Below, piece after piece: positions 39,084 through 48,844 of a DNA stretch of 55,222 nucleotides. Origin of the DNA: Candidatus Eiseniibacteriota bacterium. Lineage in GTDB: Bacteria > Orphanbacterota > Orphanbacteria > Orphanbacterales > Orphanbacteraceae. The notes below the pieces were generated by a model that saw nothing but the letters and a program-made list of their open reading frames with translations, was not told the origin of the DNA and ran no database searches. Numbering within the stretch: position 1 is the first letter of the stretch; each line of letters opens with the position of its first letter. The DNA is taken from positions 1 through 55,222 of the forward strand of contig JBDROZ010000011.1 of the NCBI GenBank assembly GCA_043809585.1, given 5' to 3'. Position numbers and translations under genes: made by a program.

Positions 39084-39668
39084 ATGGGACTCGTTCCGAT
39101 CGTAGTCGAACAGAGCGGCCGCGGTGAGCGGGCGTACGACATCTACTCGAGGCTCCTGAAGGACCGCATCATCTTCATCGGGAGCCCCATCGATGACAAC
39201 GTCGCCAACCTCGCCATCGCCCAGATGCTTTTCTGCGAGGCCGACGACCCGGAGAGGGACATCTACCTCTACGTCAACACCCCGGGAGGCTACGTCACGT
39301 CGGGCCTCGCGATCTACGACACCATGCAGTACATCAAGCCGGACGTCATGACCATCTGCCTCGGCCAGGCGGCGAGCATGGGGGCCCTCCTCCTCGCCGC
39401 CGGCGCCCACGGGAAGCGCTCGATCCTCCCCCACGCCCGTGTGATGATCCACCAGCCCCTCGGCGGCAGCGAAGGCCAGGCGTCGGACGTGGAGATCTAC
39501 ACGAAGGAGCTCCTGAAGACGAGGGAGATCCTGAACGAGATCCTCGTGAAGCACACGAGACAGTCGATCGCGAAGATTCGCAAGGACACGGACCGGAACT
39601 TCTTCATGTCCGCCCAGGAAGCGAAGGATTACGGGATCGTCGACGAAGTGATCGAGCAGAGGGTGTAG
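39084..39668 (+). CDS. clpP: Clp protease proteolytic subunit
   Basis: [31 protein letters not shown]. Confidence 0.98.
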   Translation: MGLVPIVVEQSGRGERAYDIYSRLLKDRIIFIGSPIDDNVANLAIAQMLFCEADDPERDIYLYVNTPGGYVTSGLAIYDTMQYIKPDVMTICLGQAASMGALLLAAGAHGKRSILPHARVMIHQPLGGSEGQASDVEIYTKELLKTREILNEILVKHTRQSIAKIRKDTDRNFFMSAQEAKDYGIVDEVIEQRV

Positions 39669-39695
39669 CCCCCGAGAGCCGGAGGTGACGGGACA

Positions 39696-40967
39696 GTGAA
39701 GAAACGGATCGGATCCCCCCACCCCATTCGGTGCTCGTTCTGCGGCCGCGGCCAGGAAGAGGTCACGAAGCTGATCTCCGGCCCGTCGGTCTACATCTGC
39801 AACGAGTGCATCAAGCTCTGTAACGACATCCTCAAGGAGGAGATGGGCCGGGACTTCTCCTACACCGAGTCGGAGGTCCCGAAGCCGGCGGAGATCCACC
39901 GTTTCCTCGACCAGTACGTGATCGGTCAGGAGACCGCGAAGCGGGTCCTCTCCGTCGCCGTTTACAACCACTACAAACGAATCCACTTCCGGAGCACGAA
40001 CGACGAGGTGGAGCTGGACAAGGCGAACATCCTGCTGCTCGGGCCGACGGGGACGGGGAAGACCCTCCTCGCCCAGACCCTGGCGAAGCTCCTCCGCGTC
40101 CCCTTCGCGATCGTGGACGCCACGACGCTGACCGAGGCGGGCTATGTGGGGGAGGACGTGGAGAACATCCTCGTCAAGCTTCTGCAGAACGCCGACTACG
40201 ACGTGCCGAGCGCCGAGCGGGGAATCGTCTACGTCGACGAGATCGACAAGATCTCCCGGAAGTCGGACAACCCGTCGATCACGCGGGACGTCTCCGGCGA
40301 GGGGGTCCAGCAGGCGCTCCTCAAGATCCTCGAGGGGACGACGGCGAACGTTCCCCCCCAGGGGGGACGGAAGCACCCGCAGCAGAAATACATCGAGGTG
40401 AACACGAAGAACATCCTCTTCATCTGCGGCGGCGCCTTCGAGGGGCTCGACCAGATCATCGCCAAGCGCCAGGGAGAGAAGATGCTCGGCTTCAACGCCA
40501 AAGTCCGCACGCGGGCGGAGCGGCGGGGGAGCGAGCTCCTCAAGTTGGTGGAGCCCGAAGATCTTCTGAAGTTCGGACTGATTCCGGAAATGATCGGCCG
40601 GCTGCCCTCGATCTGCGCCCTCGGCGACCTGGACGAGGAGGCCCTCGTCGAGATCCTGACGAAGCCGAAGAACGCCATCTGCCGCCAGTACCAGGTACTC
40701 TTCGAGATGGAGAACATCTCCCTCGACTTCACCGAGGAGGCGCTCCGCTCCGTGGCGAAGAAGGCGACGAAGAGGAAGACCGGGGCCCGCGGTCTCCGGG
40801 CGATCCTCGAGGAGTCGATGCTGGACGTCATGTACCAGCTCCCCTCCATGACGGACGTCCGGGAATGCGTCATCACCGACGGTCTCGTCGAACGGGGCGA
40901 GCAGCCCCTGATGACCTTCGGTTCGAAGAAGAAGAAGAAGTCCGGCACCGGAACCGGAGACGCTTGA
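39696..40967 (+). CDS. clpX: Clp protease ATP-binding subunit
   Basis: CSFC...CNEC zinc finger, [22 protein letters not shown]. Confidence 0.98.
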   Translation: MKKRIGSPHPIRCSFCGRGQEEVTKLISGPSVYICNECIKLCNDILKEEMGRDFSYTESEVPKPAEIHRFLDQYVIGQETAKRVLSVAVYNHYKRIHFRSTNDEVELDKANILLLGPTGTGKTLLAQTLAKLLRVPFAIVDATTLTEAGYVGEDVENILVKLLQNADYDVPSAERGIVYVDEIDKISRKSDNPSITRDVSGEGVQQALLKILEGTTANVPPQGGRKHPQQKYIEVNTKNILFICGGAFEGLDQIIAKRQGEKMLGFNAKVRTRAERRGSELLKLVEPEDLLKFGLIPEMIGRLPSICALGDLDEEALVEILTKPKNAICRQYQVLFEMENISLDFTEEALRSVAKKATKRKTGARGLRAILEESMLDVMYQLPSMTDVRECVITDGLVERGEQPLMTFGSKKKKKSGTGTGDA

Positions 40968-40987
40968 TCCCGCGGAAGACCCACAGG

Positions 40988-43402
40988 ATGATCGAAATCC
41001 GACTGGACGACGAGATGATCCGCTTCGGCGGAGAACTCCCCCTCCTCCCTCTCCGGGACGTGGTGGTCTTTCCCCACATGATCATTCCGCTCCTCGTGGG
41101 GCGGCCGAAGTCGATCGCCGCCCTGACCCGCGCCGTGGAAGGGGACCGCCTCCTCGCCGTCGCGGCCCAGCGGAAGCCGGAGACGGCCGATCCCGGCCGG
41201 AAGGACCTCTACCGGGTGGGCTGCGTCGCCCGGGTGCTCCAGCTGCTCCGCCTGCCGGACGGGACCATCAAGGTCCTCGTCGAAGGGCTCGCCCGCGTCG
41301 ACCTCCGGGATTTCCGGGACGAGAAGGAACTGGTGATGGCCCGGGTCGCCCTGTACGGCTCGAAGAGCCGGGGCACCTCCCGTCTCAAGGCGCTCGTCCG
41401 CTCCGTCCGCTCCCAGTTTGAAGAGTACGTGCAGCTCCACAAGAAGATCCCCGACGAGATCCTGATCTCCGTGGCCAACGTGGACGACGACGAGCACATG
41501 GCGGAGCTCTTCTCGGCCCACATCCTCGCGCCCGTGGAGGTGAAGCAGCGCATTCTCGAGGCGAAGTCGACGGGGGAACGCCTTCAGGTCATCTCCCAGA
41601 TCCTCTCGTCGGAGCTCGAGATCCTCCGGATCGAGAAGCGGCTCGACGGGGAAGTGCGGAGCCAGGTCCAGAAGAACCAGAAGGAGTTCTACCTCCACGA
41701 GCAGATGAAGGCGATCCGCAAGGAACTGGGCGACGGTCCCGATTCGCCGAACGAGGCGGACGAACTTCTCGAGGAGGTCGGGAAATCCGCCCTGCCGGAG
41801 GAGGCGCGGGCGAAAGCGGTCAAGGAGATCGAGAAGCTCCGGAAGATGCAGCCCATGTCGCCCGAGGCGACGGTGATCCGGAACTACGTGGACTGGCTGG
41901 TCGGGCTCCCCTGGGGCGTGGAGACGGAGGACACGAAGGACATCGCCGTGGTGGAGCGCATCCTCGACGAGGACCACTACGGCCTCGAGAAGGTGAAGGA
42001 GCGAATCGTCGAGTACGTGGCGGTCATGCAGCTCGTGAAAAGCATCCGGGGCCCGATCCTCTGCTTCGTCGGCGCCCCCGGCGTCGGCAAGACCTCTCTC
42101 GGGCGCTCCATCGCCCGGGCCCTCGGGCGGAAGTTCGTCCGCGTCTCCCTCGGGGGCGTCCGGGACGAGGCGGAGATCCGCGGGCACCGGCGCACCTACA
42201 TCGGGTCCCTCCCGGGCCGGATCGTACAGTCCATGAAGAAGGCGGGGAGCATGAATCCGGTCTTCCTCCTCGACGAGGTGGACAAGCTTTCCAAGGATTT
42301 CCACGGCGACCCGGCTTCCGCCCTGCTCGAGGTGCTCGACCCGGAGCAGAACCGGGGGTTCAGCGACCACTACCTCGAGGTGGAGTTCGATCTCTCCCGG
42401 GTCATGTTCCTCACGACGGCGAATTCGCTCTACGGCATCCCCCCCGCCCTGCTCGACCGGGTGGAAGTGATCCGCCTCCCCGGTTACCTGGAGCCGGAGA
42501 AGGTGAAGATCGCCCGCGGGTTCCTCCTGCCGAAGCAGATGGAGGAGCACGGGCTGGCGAAGAGACATTTCTCCCTCTCCGACGCGGCGATCACGACGGT
42601 GATCCGGGGATACACGCGGGAAGCGGGGGTGCGGAATCTGGAGCGGGAGATCGCGAGAATCTGCCGGAAGATGGCCCGCTCGGTAGCGTCGAAGAAGAAG
42701 AGAAAGAAGCCCTCGATCACCGGGCGGAGCGTGGAGGGCTACCTCGGCGTCCGGCGGTACTCGGAGAGGCGACTGGACCGGAAGAACTGGATCGGCGTCG
42801 CGAACGGCCTCGCCTGGACGGAGAGCGGTGGGGACACCCTCTCGGTGGAGGTGGCGACGGTGAAGGGGAAAGGGGCGCTCACGCTGACCGGTCATCTCGG
42901 CGAGGTGATGCAGGAATCGGCCCGGGCGGCGCTCACGTACGTACGCTCCCGGGCGGTCTCTCTCGGGCTCGACGAGGAGTTCTACAAGGACGTGGACGTG
43001 CACGTCCACGTCCCGGAGGGGGCGATCCCGAAGGACGGTCCGTCGGCGGGGGTGACCATCACCGCGGCGCTGATCTCGTCCCTCCTCGGTCTCCCCTTGA
43101 AGCGCCAGGTCGCGATGACCGGCGAGATCACGCTACGGGGGCACGTCCTCCCCGTGGGAGGCCTGAACGAAAAACTGGTCGCCGCCCAGCGCGCGGGCTT
43201 TCGAACCGTCGTCCTTCCGAGAGAGAACGAGAAGGACCTCGCGGAGATTCCCGAGGCGGTGACGAAGGGGCTCGACCTGATTCTCGTGGAGAGGATCGAT
43301 CAGGCCCTCCCCTTCATCTTCGCCGACCCCGGCCGGAAAGAGATCCCCCTGCTCGTCGACCGCTCTGACCGCTCCGGCGGGACACGGCCTTTCGCGCACT
43401 AG
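40988..43402 (+). CDS. lon: Lon protease (endopeptidase La)
   Basis: [35 protein letters not shown]. Confidence 0.98.
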   Translation: MIEIRLDDEMIRFGGELPLLPLRDVVVFPHMIIPLLVGRPKSIAALTRAVEGDRLLAVAAQRKPETADPGRKDLYRVGCVARVLQLLRLPDGTIKVLVEGLARVDLRDFRDEKELVMARVALYGSKSRGTSRLKALVRSVRSQFEEYVQLHKKIPDEILISVANVDDDEHMAELFSAHILAPVEVKQRILEAKSTGERLQVISQILSSELEILRIEKRLDGEVRSQVQKNQKEFYLHEQMKAIRKELGDGPDSPNEADELLEEVGKSALPEEARAKAVKEIEKLRKMQPMSPEATVIRNYVDWLVGLPWGVETEDTKDIAVVERILDEDHYGLEKVKERIVEYVAVMQLVKSIRGPILCFVGAPGVGKTSLGRSIARALGRKFVRVSLGGVRDEAEIRGHRRTYIGSLPGRIVQSMKKAGSMNPVFLLDEVDKLSKDFHGDPASALLEVLDPEQNRGFSDHYLEVEFDLSRVMFLTTANSLYGIPPALLDRVEVIRLPGYLEPEKVKIARGFLLPKQMEEHGLAKRHFSLSDAAITTVIRGYTREAGVRNLEREIARICRKMARSVASKKKRKKPSITGRSVEGYLGVRRYSERRLDRKNWIGVANGLAWTESGGDTLSVEVATVKGKGALTLTGHLGEVMQESARAALTYVRSRAVSLGLDEEFYKDVDVHVHVPEGAIPKDGPSAGVTITAALISSLLGLPLKRQVAMTGEITLRGHVLPVGGLNEKLVAAQRAGFRTVVLPRENEKDLAEIPEAVTKGLDLILVERIDQALPFIFADPGRKEIPLLVDRSDRSGGTRPFAH

Positions 43403-43428
43403 GCGCCCGCGAACCCCGCAGTTTCCGA

Positions 43429-43701
43429 CTTCCTCGGACTCCTCCTCTGCATTCTGGAACAGTATATCCGTCCCGCCGACGGCGAGGCGGGGGGAGCGGC
43501 TTCGGGAGGGATGGGGGCATAACCGGGGAGTTGTTGCCGTCTTCCTGGGCGCCTCCTCTACGAGCCCGGAGAATGGGAGGGTTATCTCCCGCAGCACGAC
43601 GAGCGTTCAAGTCTGCCCCTCTATCCCTCCCTCAGCCGGCCTCACGCCCCGCCGTCGACCGAAACGGCCGGAGGCCTGTCCCGAGTAGGACCGAAGGTCC
43701 G
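43429..43701. repeat. Composite repeat: D + structured repeat C (43497-43641) + REP-like tail
   Basis: Reverse-complement homologue of 47265-47719; the C scaffold is nearly identical except for 22 nt at 43537-43558. Confidence 0.9.
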
Positions 43702-43734
43702 TATCGAAGGGCTCGGGCGGAGACTATCCCCCGC

Positions 43735-45135
43735 TCATTCCAGTCCCGATAGTTCCATCGTAGATTCCTCGTATCCTTCCGAGAAGATCGCCATGGTCCG
43801 CCATCGGCCGGTCCGGTACCGCGCGTAGATCCACCCCGCCATCAAGAGATAGGAAACGCACCCTACGAACCAGGCATGGCTCACCGTCCCCCCCCTCACC
43901 TCGATCGCGTAGTAAGTGGCGGGCACGAAGAAGCCGAGGAGCACCACGAGGGCGATGACCATCGGGTAGCGCGTGTCCCCCGCCCCTTGAAGGACGCCTA
44001 GCCCGATCATCCTGAGTCCGTCGAAGATCTGGAAGATCGCCGCCGCGAGGACGAGCCCGCCGGCGAGGGCGATGACCGCCGGGTCTCCCGTGAAGATGTG
44101 GAAGACCTCCTTGCCGAAGAGGGAGATGACCGCGGCGAGAAAGGCCACGTAGTAGATGCAGACCAGGTACGCCTCGTTCCCGTGCCGCTCCGCCCGGTCC
44201 GGGTCCCCCGCGCCGATCTGGTTCCCCACGAGCACCGTCGCCGCCACCGTGAGTCCCCAGAGGGGCATGAAGGAGAAGGAGAGGATCTGGATCGTGATCT
44301 GGCTCGCGGCGAGGCTCGCCGTTCCCGCCCGGCCGATCAGGGCGCTGAAGACGGTGAAGCCGACCATGTCGATGAAGTCGCCGACGCTCGCCGGCATGCC
44401 GATCCTGGTCATGTCCATGATCTTCCGGAGCGACGGCCTCCGGGGGCGGATCATCCGGTACCGCTCCCGAACCGCCCGGGGCACGATCATCCAGCCGACC
44501 AGGATCGACGCGTTGACGTAGACGGCAATGCTCGTCGCGATGGCCGCCCCCTTGAGACCCATCGCGGGGAACGGGCCGTGCCCGAAGATCATGAAGTAGT
44601 CGAGCACGACGTTCAGGAGGTTCGCCGTGATGCCCGCGATCATGGGGGTTCTGACGTCCTTCCGGCCGTTGAAGAAGCCGGTCAGGCACATGATGAGCTG
44701 AGTGCCGAGGGCCGAGAGCATCCGGTACTTGATGTAAACGTACGAGGCCGCCTGGATCTCGGGGGCGTTTCCGGTCCACCGGAGAATGATGTAGCTCCAC
44801 TGCCCGGCGACGACCAGCACCACCCCCGTCAGGAGGGAGACGTAGATTCCCTGCCACGTGTAGTCCGCCACGGCCCGGTCGTCCCCGCGGCCGTTCGCCT
44901 GGGAGACGAAGGTCGACGTCACCCGGGAGAGGGCGTTGAAGACCGTGTAACAGGTCCACGTGATCATGCCGCCGAGGCCCGCCGCGGCGAGGGCGAGGCT
45001 CGACACGTGGCCGAGGAAGGCGGAATCCACCGTCCACATCAGCGTATGGGAGAGCATGGTGAGCACCGTGGGCGCGGCGAGGGAGAAGATCTCCCGGCCG
45101 TGCCGGATGCCGAATCGCTCGAGGGTGCGGCTCAC
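43735..45135 (-). CDS. MATE family efflux transporter
   Basis: LAAPTVL...VDSAFLGH...ALAAAGLG, multiple TM helices in two repeats, GAGDTRYPM; GTG after GGAGG. Confidence 0.93.
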   Translation of the reverse strand: MSRTLERFGIRHGREIFSLAAPTVLTMLSHTLMWTVDSAFLGHVSSLALAAAGLGGMITWTCYTVFNALSRVTSTFVSQANGRGDDRAVADYTWQGIYVSLLTGVVLVVAGQWSYIILRWTGNAPEIQAASYVYIKYRMLSALGTQLIMCLTGFFNGRKDVRTPMIAGITANLLNVVLDYFMIFGHGPFPAMGLKGAAIATSIAVYVNASILVGWMIVPRAVRERYRMIRPRRPSLRKIMDMTRIGMPASVGDFIDMVGFTVFSALIGRAGTASLAASQITIQILSFSFMPLWGLTVAATVLVGNQIGAGDPDRAERHGNEAYLVCIYYVAFLAAVISLFGKEVFHIFTGDPAVIALAGGLVLAAAIFQIFDGLRMIGLGVLQGAGDTRYPMVIALVVLLGFFVPATYYAIEVRGGTVSHAWFVGCVSYLLMAGWIYARYRTGRWRTMAIFSEGYEESTMELSGLE

Positions 45136-45364
45136 GGATACAATCCTCCGGCGAAGGTCCGCGGATCTCCGGGGACGGGACGGGGAATGATCGGACCGGG
45201 ACAAACCGGAATTATACAACATCGGGTCGGCGGCCGGCCGCCGATTTCGTCGGGCCCCGCCCGGCGAGTGGAACCCGCGGGGCCGAGAGGCTATAATCCG
45301 GCCAATCGCCCCGAATCGCACGAAGAGGGTGCCTTGTCCACGAGTCAAGAATAAGGAAGACACC

Positions 45365-47146
45365 ATGACCGAGTTCAATCCGAAGTGGGACCTCGATTCT
45401 CTCTATCCGGGCGGGAGCCGCTCTGAGTCGTTCGCCCTCCTTCTCGAGAAAGCGGAGAGGGATGCCGACGAGTGCGCGAAGACGATCGACGCTCTCGGCG
45501 ACGAGCCGGGCGAGGCGTGGGCGAAGGCGGCGCTCCATCTGCAGGCCCTCTCGGCGACGCTGTCGGAGGCGGTCGATTTCGTCGAATGTCTCGAGGCACA
45601 GGACGTGAAGGACTCCCTCGCGAGCCAGCTGATGAGCCGCGTCGACAAGATGGTCTCCCGGAAGGGGACTCTTCGGACGAAACTGGAGACGAGGTTTCTC
45701 GGCGCCGGTGACGGCGCGTGGAAGACATTTCTGGAGCGCCCGGAAATCTCGCTTGTGGCGTTCCCGTTGAACGAGCTCCGTGAAGCGGCCCGGCGGAAGA
45801 TGGACCCGGCGAGGGAGATCCTCGCCGAGGAGCTCTCCGTCGACGGCTATCACGGCTGGGGCCGGATGTACGAGAAGATCGCCGGCGGCCTCCGGGTCTC
45901 GATCGAAGAGAGGGGAAAGGCGGCGGAACTCTCGATGGGGCAGCTCCACAACAAGATGGAGGACCCGGACCGGGCTGTCAGGAAGCAGGCGTTTGAAAAG
46001 CTCGAGGAGTCGTGGGGGCGGGTGGCGGAAACCACCGCGCTCGCGCTGAACAATCAGGCGGGGTTCCGGCTCAGCCTCTACCGGAGCCGGGAGTGGGAGT
46101 CGGTCCTCCAGGAACCGCTCCGGATCAACCGTATGCAGAGGGAGACCCTGGACGTCATGTGGGGCGTCGCGGCGGAGCGGAGCGCCCGCCTCCTGCCTTA
46201 TATGAAGGAGAAGGCCCGTCTTCTCGGCATCGACCGGTTGGCCTGGTACGACGTGACGGCCCCTGTGGGGGAGGCGGACAAGAAGTTCCCCTACGGCGAA
46301 GCGTGCGAGTTCATCTTGGAGCATTTCGGCGGCTTTCACGAGGGACTGACCGAATTCTCCCGCCACGCCCTCGAGAGCCGCTGGGTCGAGGCGGAAGACC
46401 GGCCGGGGAAGCGGGCGGGGGGCTTTTGCACCGACTTCCCCCTTAATAAGGAGACACGGATCTTCATGACCTTCGGCGGCACCTACGGGAACGTCTCGAC
46501 CCTCGGCCACGAGCTCGGGCACGCGTACCACACGTGGCTCTTGAAGGATGATCCGTTCTGGCGGACCCGGTACCCGATGGCGCTGGCCGAAACGGCGAGT
46601 ACGTTCTGCGAGACGATCATCTCCGACGCCGCCCTCGAGGGGGCCGCCTCGGACGGAGAGCGGCTCGCCCTCCTCGCGATCAAGGCGGAGGAGGCGCTCA
46701 TCATGATGATGAACCTTCGGACCCGGTTCGTCTTCGAGACGTCGTTCTTCGACGTGCGGCGGAAGAGCAGTCCGACGGTGGACGAGTTGAACGAGCTGAT
46801 GGTGAAGGCCCAGAAGGAATGCTTCCACTCGGGGCTCGAGGTTTATCACCCGCTCTTCTGGGCGTCGAAGCTGCACTTCTACATTACCCAGATGCCCTTC
46901 TACAACTTCCCCTACGTGTTCGGGTACCTCTTCAGCAACGGGATCTACGACCGGGCGGTAAAGGAGGGTCCGTCGTTCGCGCCGAAGTACGACGCCCTTC
47001 TCCGTGACACGGGTGCCATGACCTCCGAGGCGCTCGCGAAGAAACACCTCGGCGCGGATCTGACGAATCCGGAGTTCTGGGAGGCGGCGGCGGACCGGGC
47101 GCTCTCGGGAGCGGAGCGGTTCGTGGAGTTGGCGAAGAAGATGTGA
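45365..47146 (+). CDS. M3B family oligoendopeptidase F
   Basis: WDLDSLY, GKRAGGFC, HELGH zinc motif, AETASTF.E, FYNFPYVFG. Confidence 0.95.
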   Translation: MTEFNPKWDLDSLYPGGSRSESFALLLEKAERDADECAKTIDALGDEPGEAWAKAALHLQALSATLSEAVDFVECLEAQDVKDSLASQLMSRVDKMVSRKGTLRTKLETRFLGAGDGAWKTFLERPEISLVAFPLNELREAARRKMDPAREILAEELSVDGYHGWGRMYEKIAGGLRVSIEERGKAAELSMGQLHNKMEDPDRAVRKQAFEKLEESWGRVAETTALALNNQAGFRLSLYRSREWESVLQEPLRINRMQRETLDVMWGVAAERSARLLPYMKEKARLLGIDRLAWYDVTAPVGEADKKFPYGEACEFILEHFGGFHEGLTEFSRHALESRWVEAEDRPGKRAGGFCTDFPLNKETRIFMTFGGTYGNVSTLGHELGHAYHTWLLKDDPFWRTRYPMALAETASTFCETIISDAALEGAASDGERLALLAIKAEEALIMMMNLRTRFVFETSFFDVRRKSSPTVDELNELMVKAQKECFHSGLEVYHPLFWASKLHFYITQMPFYNFPYVFGYLFSNGIYDRAVKEGPSFAPKYDALLRDTGAMTSEALAKKHLGADLTNPEFWEAAADRALSGAERFVELAKKM

Positions 47147-47264
47147 CGGACGGCGGCAGGGATCGGGGGAGTACGGGCGGGTCCGCTCGGGGCGCCGCGT
47201 TCCATCCTCATGTCGCCGGATGCTCCTGACGTCCGGCTACGGGGCTTGCCCGTCCCATCGCTCG

Positions 47265-47719
47265 CTCAGGACAGGCCTCCGGCCGGCCACGATCATCGGC
47301 GGGGCGGGGGGGCCGGCTGAGGGAGGGATAGAGGGGCAGACGGGAACGCTCGTCGTGCGGCGGGAGAAAGCCCTCCCATTCTCCGGGCTCGTACGGGTAG
47401 CGTTGCGCGGACCGCCAACAACTCCCCGGTTATGCCCCCATCCCTCCCGAAGCCGGACCACCGTCCACGTCCCTCCGACAGCGGCGGGCGGGGGGGCCGG
47501 CTGAGGGAGGGATAGAGGGGCAGACTGGAACGCTCGTCGTGCGGCGGGAGAAAGCCCTCCCATTCTCCGGGCTCGTACGGGTAGTGTTGCGCGGACCGCC
47601 AACAACTCCCCGATTATGCCCCCATCCCTCCCGAAGCCGGACCACCGTCCCGCCGCCCTACGGACGCATATTGCCCACGAGCACGTTCATTCCAAGGTGC
47701 AGAAGAGGAGTCCGAGGAG
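47265..47719. repeat. Composite repeat with tandem 184-bp duplication (repeat C at 47311-47455 and 47495-47639) followed by D
   Basis: GGCCGGCTGAGGGAGGGATAGAGGGGCAGAC...CCCATCCCTCCCGAAGCCGG occurs twice, 184 bp apart; inverted relative to 43429-43701. Confidence 0.92.
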
Positions 47720-47808
47720 AATCACCATTTCGGGCTCCACTCCCCTCTCCCCCTGTATTATATTTCACCCGACAACCTCGAACGGCGGGACCGACGACGG
47801 AGCGAATC

Positions 47809-48690
47809 ATGATTCGAGCAGGGCGATACGAACTATTCAGCGTGGTCACCGGCATGAACAGGCTCGACGGGGGGGCCATGTTCGGCGTAGTGCCGAAGGT
47901 TCTCTGGAGCCGGACCGAGGACGTGGACGACTTGAACCGCATCCTGATGGCCATGCGGAGCCTGGTCGCCGTGGACCGGGGCGCCGGTCGGGTGATCGTG
48001 GTCGACACGGGGGCGGGGAGCAAGTGGCCGGCGGAGGAGGCGGCGCGGTTCGCCATGGAGGACTTCCCCGAGGCGATCCCGAGAGCCCTCGCGCCGCTCG
48101 GGTTCGCCCCGGAAGACGTGACGGACATCGTGGCGACCCACCTCCACTTCGATCACTGCGGCGGCATGACGGTCCGGGACGGCCCCGCGGGCGGCGGGAC
48201 GAAGCTCCGCTTCCCGAACGCGTCGATCTGGATTCACGAGGGCCAGTGGGAACACGCCCACGCCCCGGCCCTCAAGGACCGGGCCTCCTATCTCGACCGG
48301 GACCTCCGGGGGCTCCGGGAAAGCGGCCGGCTCCGCCTCGTGACCGGAGACGCCCCCGTCTCGGAGATCCCCGGTCTCCGGTGGCGGCTCTCCCACGGCC
48401 ACACGCCCTGCCAGCTCCTGCCGCTCTTCGAAGACGACGACCGGCCCGTGCTCTTCCTCGGCGACATGATGCCGACCGCCTCCCACCTCGGCCCCGCCTG
48501 GGTGATGGCTTACGACAACCATCCGCTGACGACGATCGAAGAGAGAACGAAGGTGTACGAGGAGTGCGGGAGGAGCGGGCTCGCGGTCGCGTTCTGCCAT
48601 GACCGGACCCACGGCGGAGCGAAGCTCCACTTCCCGAAAGGGAAACCGTCGGTAAAGGAGCCTCTCGACCTGGATCCCCCCCGGGCGTAG
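47809..48690 (+). CDS. MBL-fold metallo-hydrolase (YtnP-like)
   Basis: RLDGGAMFGVVPK.LW, VDTGAG, THLHFDHCGG, GHTP, MAYD. Confidence 0.92.
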   Translation: MIRAGRYELFSVVTGMNRLDGGAMFGVVPKVLWSRTEDVDDLNRILMAMRSLVAVDRGAGRVIVVDTGAGSKWPAEEAARFAMEDFPEAIPRALAPLGFAPEDVTDIVATHLHFDHCGGMTVRDGPAGGGTKLRFPNASIWIHEGQWEHAHAPALKDRASYLDRDLRGLRESGRLRLVTGDAPVSEIPGLRWRLSHGHTPCQLLPLFEDDDRPVLFLGDMMPTASHLGPAWVMAYDNHPLTTIEERTKVYEECGRSGLAVAFCHDRTHGGAKLHFPKGKPSVKEPLDLDPPRA

Positions 48691-48844
48691 GTCGCCGGCG
48701 AAAGTTGATGCCGGGCCGGCAACTGTCGCCTATGCTCGAAACAGGCGCTCTTCGACGATGCGACGCGCGCCGCCCCGCGCCCGCGGGATAGGCGTTTCAG
48801 AAGTTCTTCGCGCGGCCGAGGCCGCCGGCCCCGAGGGGGTTCCC

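Noticed and set aside
43497-43641. Repeat C as 6S, SRP, hammerhead or group II intron fragment
   Set aside because: No CUGANGA/GAAA core, SRP loop or domain V motif seen, and three dispersed copies do not fit a housekeeping RNA. An Rfam search is still needed.
47220-47808. Short ORFs across the repeat region and the 90-aa N-terminal extension of the MBL hydrolase
   Set aside because: They are translations of non-coding repeats C and D; hydrolase similarity begins at ATG 47809.
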